Positions 61,705-64,000 of a DNA stretch of 64,000 nucleotides are shown here, one piece after another. A model generated the notes under the pieces. It was not told the origin of the DNA, ran no database searches, and saw only the letters and a list, made by a program, of their open reading frames with translations. Position numbers and translations under genes: made by a program. Numbering within the stretch: the stretch's first letter is position 1; each line of letters begins with the position of its first letter. Origin of the DNA: Nitrospirota bacterium (GTDB lineage Bacteria; Nitrospirota; Thermodesulfovibrionia; Thermodesulfovibrionales; Dissulfurispiraceae); contig JBFMCP010000002.1 of assembly GCA_040754455.1 (NCBI GenBank), forward strand, positions 160,001 through 224,000, in the 5' to 3' direction.

Positions 61705-62741
61705 ATAAGAAAATCTGGATAGACCTGGACAATTCGCCCCACATCCCGTTCTTCAAACCGATTATCGAGCGGCTTGAGCAGCGTGGGTACAAGGTTGTCT
61801 TGACCGCACGTGATTGTTTTCAGACTTGCGAGCTTGCCGACCTGGCAGGCCTCCGCTATCAGCGGATCGGACGTCATTACGGAAAGAACACGGTTCTGAA
61901 ACTGGCCGGACTGGTCATCCGCTCTTTGCAGATGGTACCGTTCGTATGGAGGGAGAAACCGGACCTCGCGGTATCCCATGGATCGAGATCGCAACACCTG
62001 ACCTCTTTCATGTGGCGATTACCGGTTATCAACATATTGGACTACGAACACGCGAAGATAATGCCCCTCGTGGATTTCGTGCTCACGATAGTTCCCGATG
62101 CTATTCCGGTAGAGGCAATCCCCATAGCGCCGGAACGGATACTCAAATATCAGGGCATCAAGGAAGATGTCTATGTACCCGGCTTCGTGCCTGATCCGGC
62201 GCTGCTCAGTGAACTCGGCATTGCACAAGACAAAATCGTGATATCCATCCGGCCGCCTGCCACGGAGGCGCATTATCGCAGCGCTGAAAGTGACGTGCTT
62301 TTCATCGAGACAGTCGAGTTTTTGGCAGAAAAGGATGATACCTGCCTCGTCATCCTCCCCCGAAACGAAAGTCAGAAGGGATGGATAGCGGATCGGTGGT
62401 CCCGGTTGTGTCGTGATGGGAAGATATTATTTCCTCAAAAGGCTGTGGACGGGCTGAATCTTATCTGGTGCTCCGACTTGGTGATCAGCGGCGGTGGAAC
62501 CATGAATCGGGAGGCTGCGGCGTTGGGAGTACCTGTTTACAGCATCTTCAAAGGAAAAACCGGCGCCGTGGACCGATATCTGGCAGCGAGCGGAAGATTG
62601 TTCCTCATTGAGAATCCTGCTGACGTGCGGAGCAAGATTAAGGTGCAGCGCAGACAGCGTTCCGGATATCCGCGACACACCAATGCCAAAGCACTCGATA
62701 CCATTGTTCACGGTATAGTATCCGTTCTGGAAACAAAGTAA
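61701..62741 (+). CDS. DUF354-family protein (GT-B-like)
   Basis: IWIDLDNSPH, IGRHYG, SHGS, DYEHA, GGGTMNREAAALGVP; ATG at 61701. Confidence 0.8.
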   Translation: MNKKIWIDLDNSPHIPFFKPIIERLEQRGYKVVLTARDCFQTCELADLAGLRYQRIGRHYGKNTVLKLAGLVIRSLQMVPFVWREKPDLAVSHGSRSQHLTSFMWRLPVINILDYEHAKIMPLVDFVLTIVPDAIPVEAIPIAPERILKYQGIKEDVYVPGFVPDPALLSELGIAQDKIVISIRPPATEAHYRSAESDVLFIETVEFLAEKDDTCLVILPRNESQKGWIADRWSRLCRDGKILFPQKAVDGLNLIWCSDLVISGGGTMNREAAALGVPVYSIFKGKTGAVDRYLAASGRLFLIENPADVRSKIKVQRRQRSGYPRHTNAKALDTIVHGIVSVLETK

Positions 62742-62765
62742 TCTGACCGGAGTATCGACAAGGCA

Positions 62766-63887
62766 ATGATTATTCATCTCGTTTGTGCGGCTCGGCCGAA
62801 TTTCATGAAAATCGCTCCCCTGTATCACGCACTCAGACAAGAGCACTGGGCTCATCCGGTCATTGTTCATACCGGTCAGCACTACGATCCTAATATGTCC
62901 GATGCTTTTTTTGAAGACCTTGGGCTGCCGAGGCCCGACATTTATCTCGGTGTGAAGAGCGGAAGCCATGCCGAGCAGACCGGCAAGGTGATGATGTCGT
63001 ATGAAAAAATCATGTGTGATCAAAGGCCTGACCTCGTGGTAGTGGTCGGAGATGTGAACTCAACCATGGCAGCGACCATAGCTGCATCGAAAATCGGTAT
63101 CAAGGTGGCGCATTTGGAAGCCGGCCTGCGATCCCGCGACAGAAGCATGCCCGAAGAGATCAACAGACTCGTGACCGACGTGCTCGCGGACATGCTCTGG
63201 ACGCCTTCGAAAGATGCATCTGAAAATTTGATCAATGAAGGGATCCCCGCCGACAAGATCCACCTGGTGGGCAACATTATGATTGATTCCCTCGAAATGT
63301 TACGGACGAAGATCGAGCGTCAGGGGACATATCGCACCTTTGGTCTCGAAGCAGGCGGTTATGGCATAGTCACCTTGCATCGTCCTTCGAACGTGGACGA
63401 CCCGATTGTTTTAAGGGAGATTTGTGATATTCTCGTTGAAATCGCGGAGAAGACGCCTCTTGTTTTTCCCATCCATCCCAGGACCAGGAAAAATATGGAA
63501 GAGCATCGTCTGCTGCTTCGGATGGAACGCTCCGGGAGACTGCTACTGCCCGAACCTCTCAACTATATCAGTTTCATGAATCTGGTCTTTCACTGCTGTT
63601 TCGTCATAACCGACTCCGGCGGCATCCAGGAGGAAACAAGCTATCTCGATATCCCCTGCTTGACAGTAAGAAAAAATACCGAAAGGCCGGTTACCATCAC
63701 CCATGGCACCAATCAGCTCTGCGGATTATCCCAATTAAAGCAGAAAATCGTGGAGGTTTTGCAGGGCCGTGTGAAGAGGCGGAAGCATATCGAGCTCTGG
63801 GACGGGAAAACGGCTGAAAGAATCGTGAGTATCTTGCGGAACATCAGAGTGCCGCGCCAGCGTTCGATGGATTGCAGGTGCGTATAA
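62766..63887 (+). CDS. wecB: UDP-N-acetylglucosamine 2-epimerase (non-hydrolysing)
   Basis: ARPNFMK, HTGQHYD, HLEAGLRS, MPEEINR, TDSGGIQEE, TERP. Confidence 0.92.
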   Translation: MIIHLVCAARPNFMKIAPLYHALRQEHWAHPVIVHTGQHYDPNMSDAFFEDLGLPRPDIYLGVKSGSHAEQTGKVMMSYEKIMCDQRPDLVVVVGDVNSTMAATIAASKIGIKVAHLEAGLRSRDRSMPEEINRLVTDVLADMLWTPSKDASENLINEGIPADKIHLVGNIMIDSLEMLRTKIERQGTYRTFGLEAGGYGIVTLHRPSNVDDPIVLREICDILVEIAEKTPLVFPIHPRTRKNMEEHRLLLRMERSGRLLLPEPLNYISFMNLVFHCCFVITDSGGIQEETSYLDIPCLTVRKNTERPVTITHGTNQLCGLSQLKQKIVEVLQGRVKRRKHIELWDGKTAERIVSILRNIRVPRQRSMDCRCV

Positions 63888-63903
63888 GTAGCTGAAGATA
63901 CGT

Positions 63904-64000
63904 ATGGCCCACGCCCACTACGTTTTAATAACCCCCGCCCGTAATGAAGAAGCATATATAGAAAAAACGCTCCGTTCTGTTATCGCACAGACGGTTTTGC
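63904..64000 (+). CDS. Glycosyltransferase family 2, truncated by the window end
   Basis: Own translation: MAHAHYVLITPARNEEAYIEKTLRSVIAQTVL. Confidence 0.75.
   Translation, partial: MAHAHYVLITPARNEEAYIEKTLRSVIAQTVL

Overview
A 64-kb chromosomal segment from a moderately GC-rich, Gram-negative anaerobe. The gene content suggests Nitrospirota/Thermodesulfovibrionia or a deltaproteobacterium, but that is an inference. Layout: (1) 1-8032, a redox cluster (PsrA/PhsA-like Mo enzyme, 4Fe-4S subunit, NuoG-N-like Fe-S protein, SfrB/GltD-like flavoprotein) and a large PEP-utilising protein; (2) 8232-29463, housekeeping genes (cdaA-cdaR-glmM, comEC, hisH-selB, degP, PIN/TRAM, ispD, ispF, porin, four-helix-bundle protein, TPR protein, tRNA-Val, DinG-family helicase, gap-ldh, pgi); (3) 29591-31444, a secreted repeat protein; (4) 31998 to the end, a large exopolysaccharide cluster of the PEP-CTERM/XrtA-associated type with a predicted sigma-54 promoter. 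The most notable signal is a recurring family of inverted arrays of 7-nt units at gene junctions. One array pair encloses a four-helix-bundle gene, several are empty, and one array sits in frame inside hisH. Also notable: an ACP + adenylation enzyme + AnaB/PltE-like dehydrogenase trio inside the EPS cluster, a priming glycosyltransferase with a degenerate GGDEF/RxxD domain, a 34-bp perfect inverted repeat element, and a duplicated domain resembling CFA20. All homology calls are motif recognition by eye; no database searches were run.
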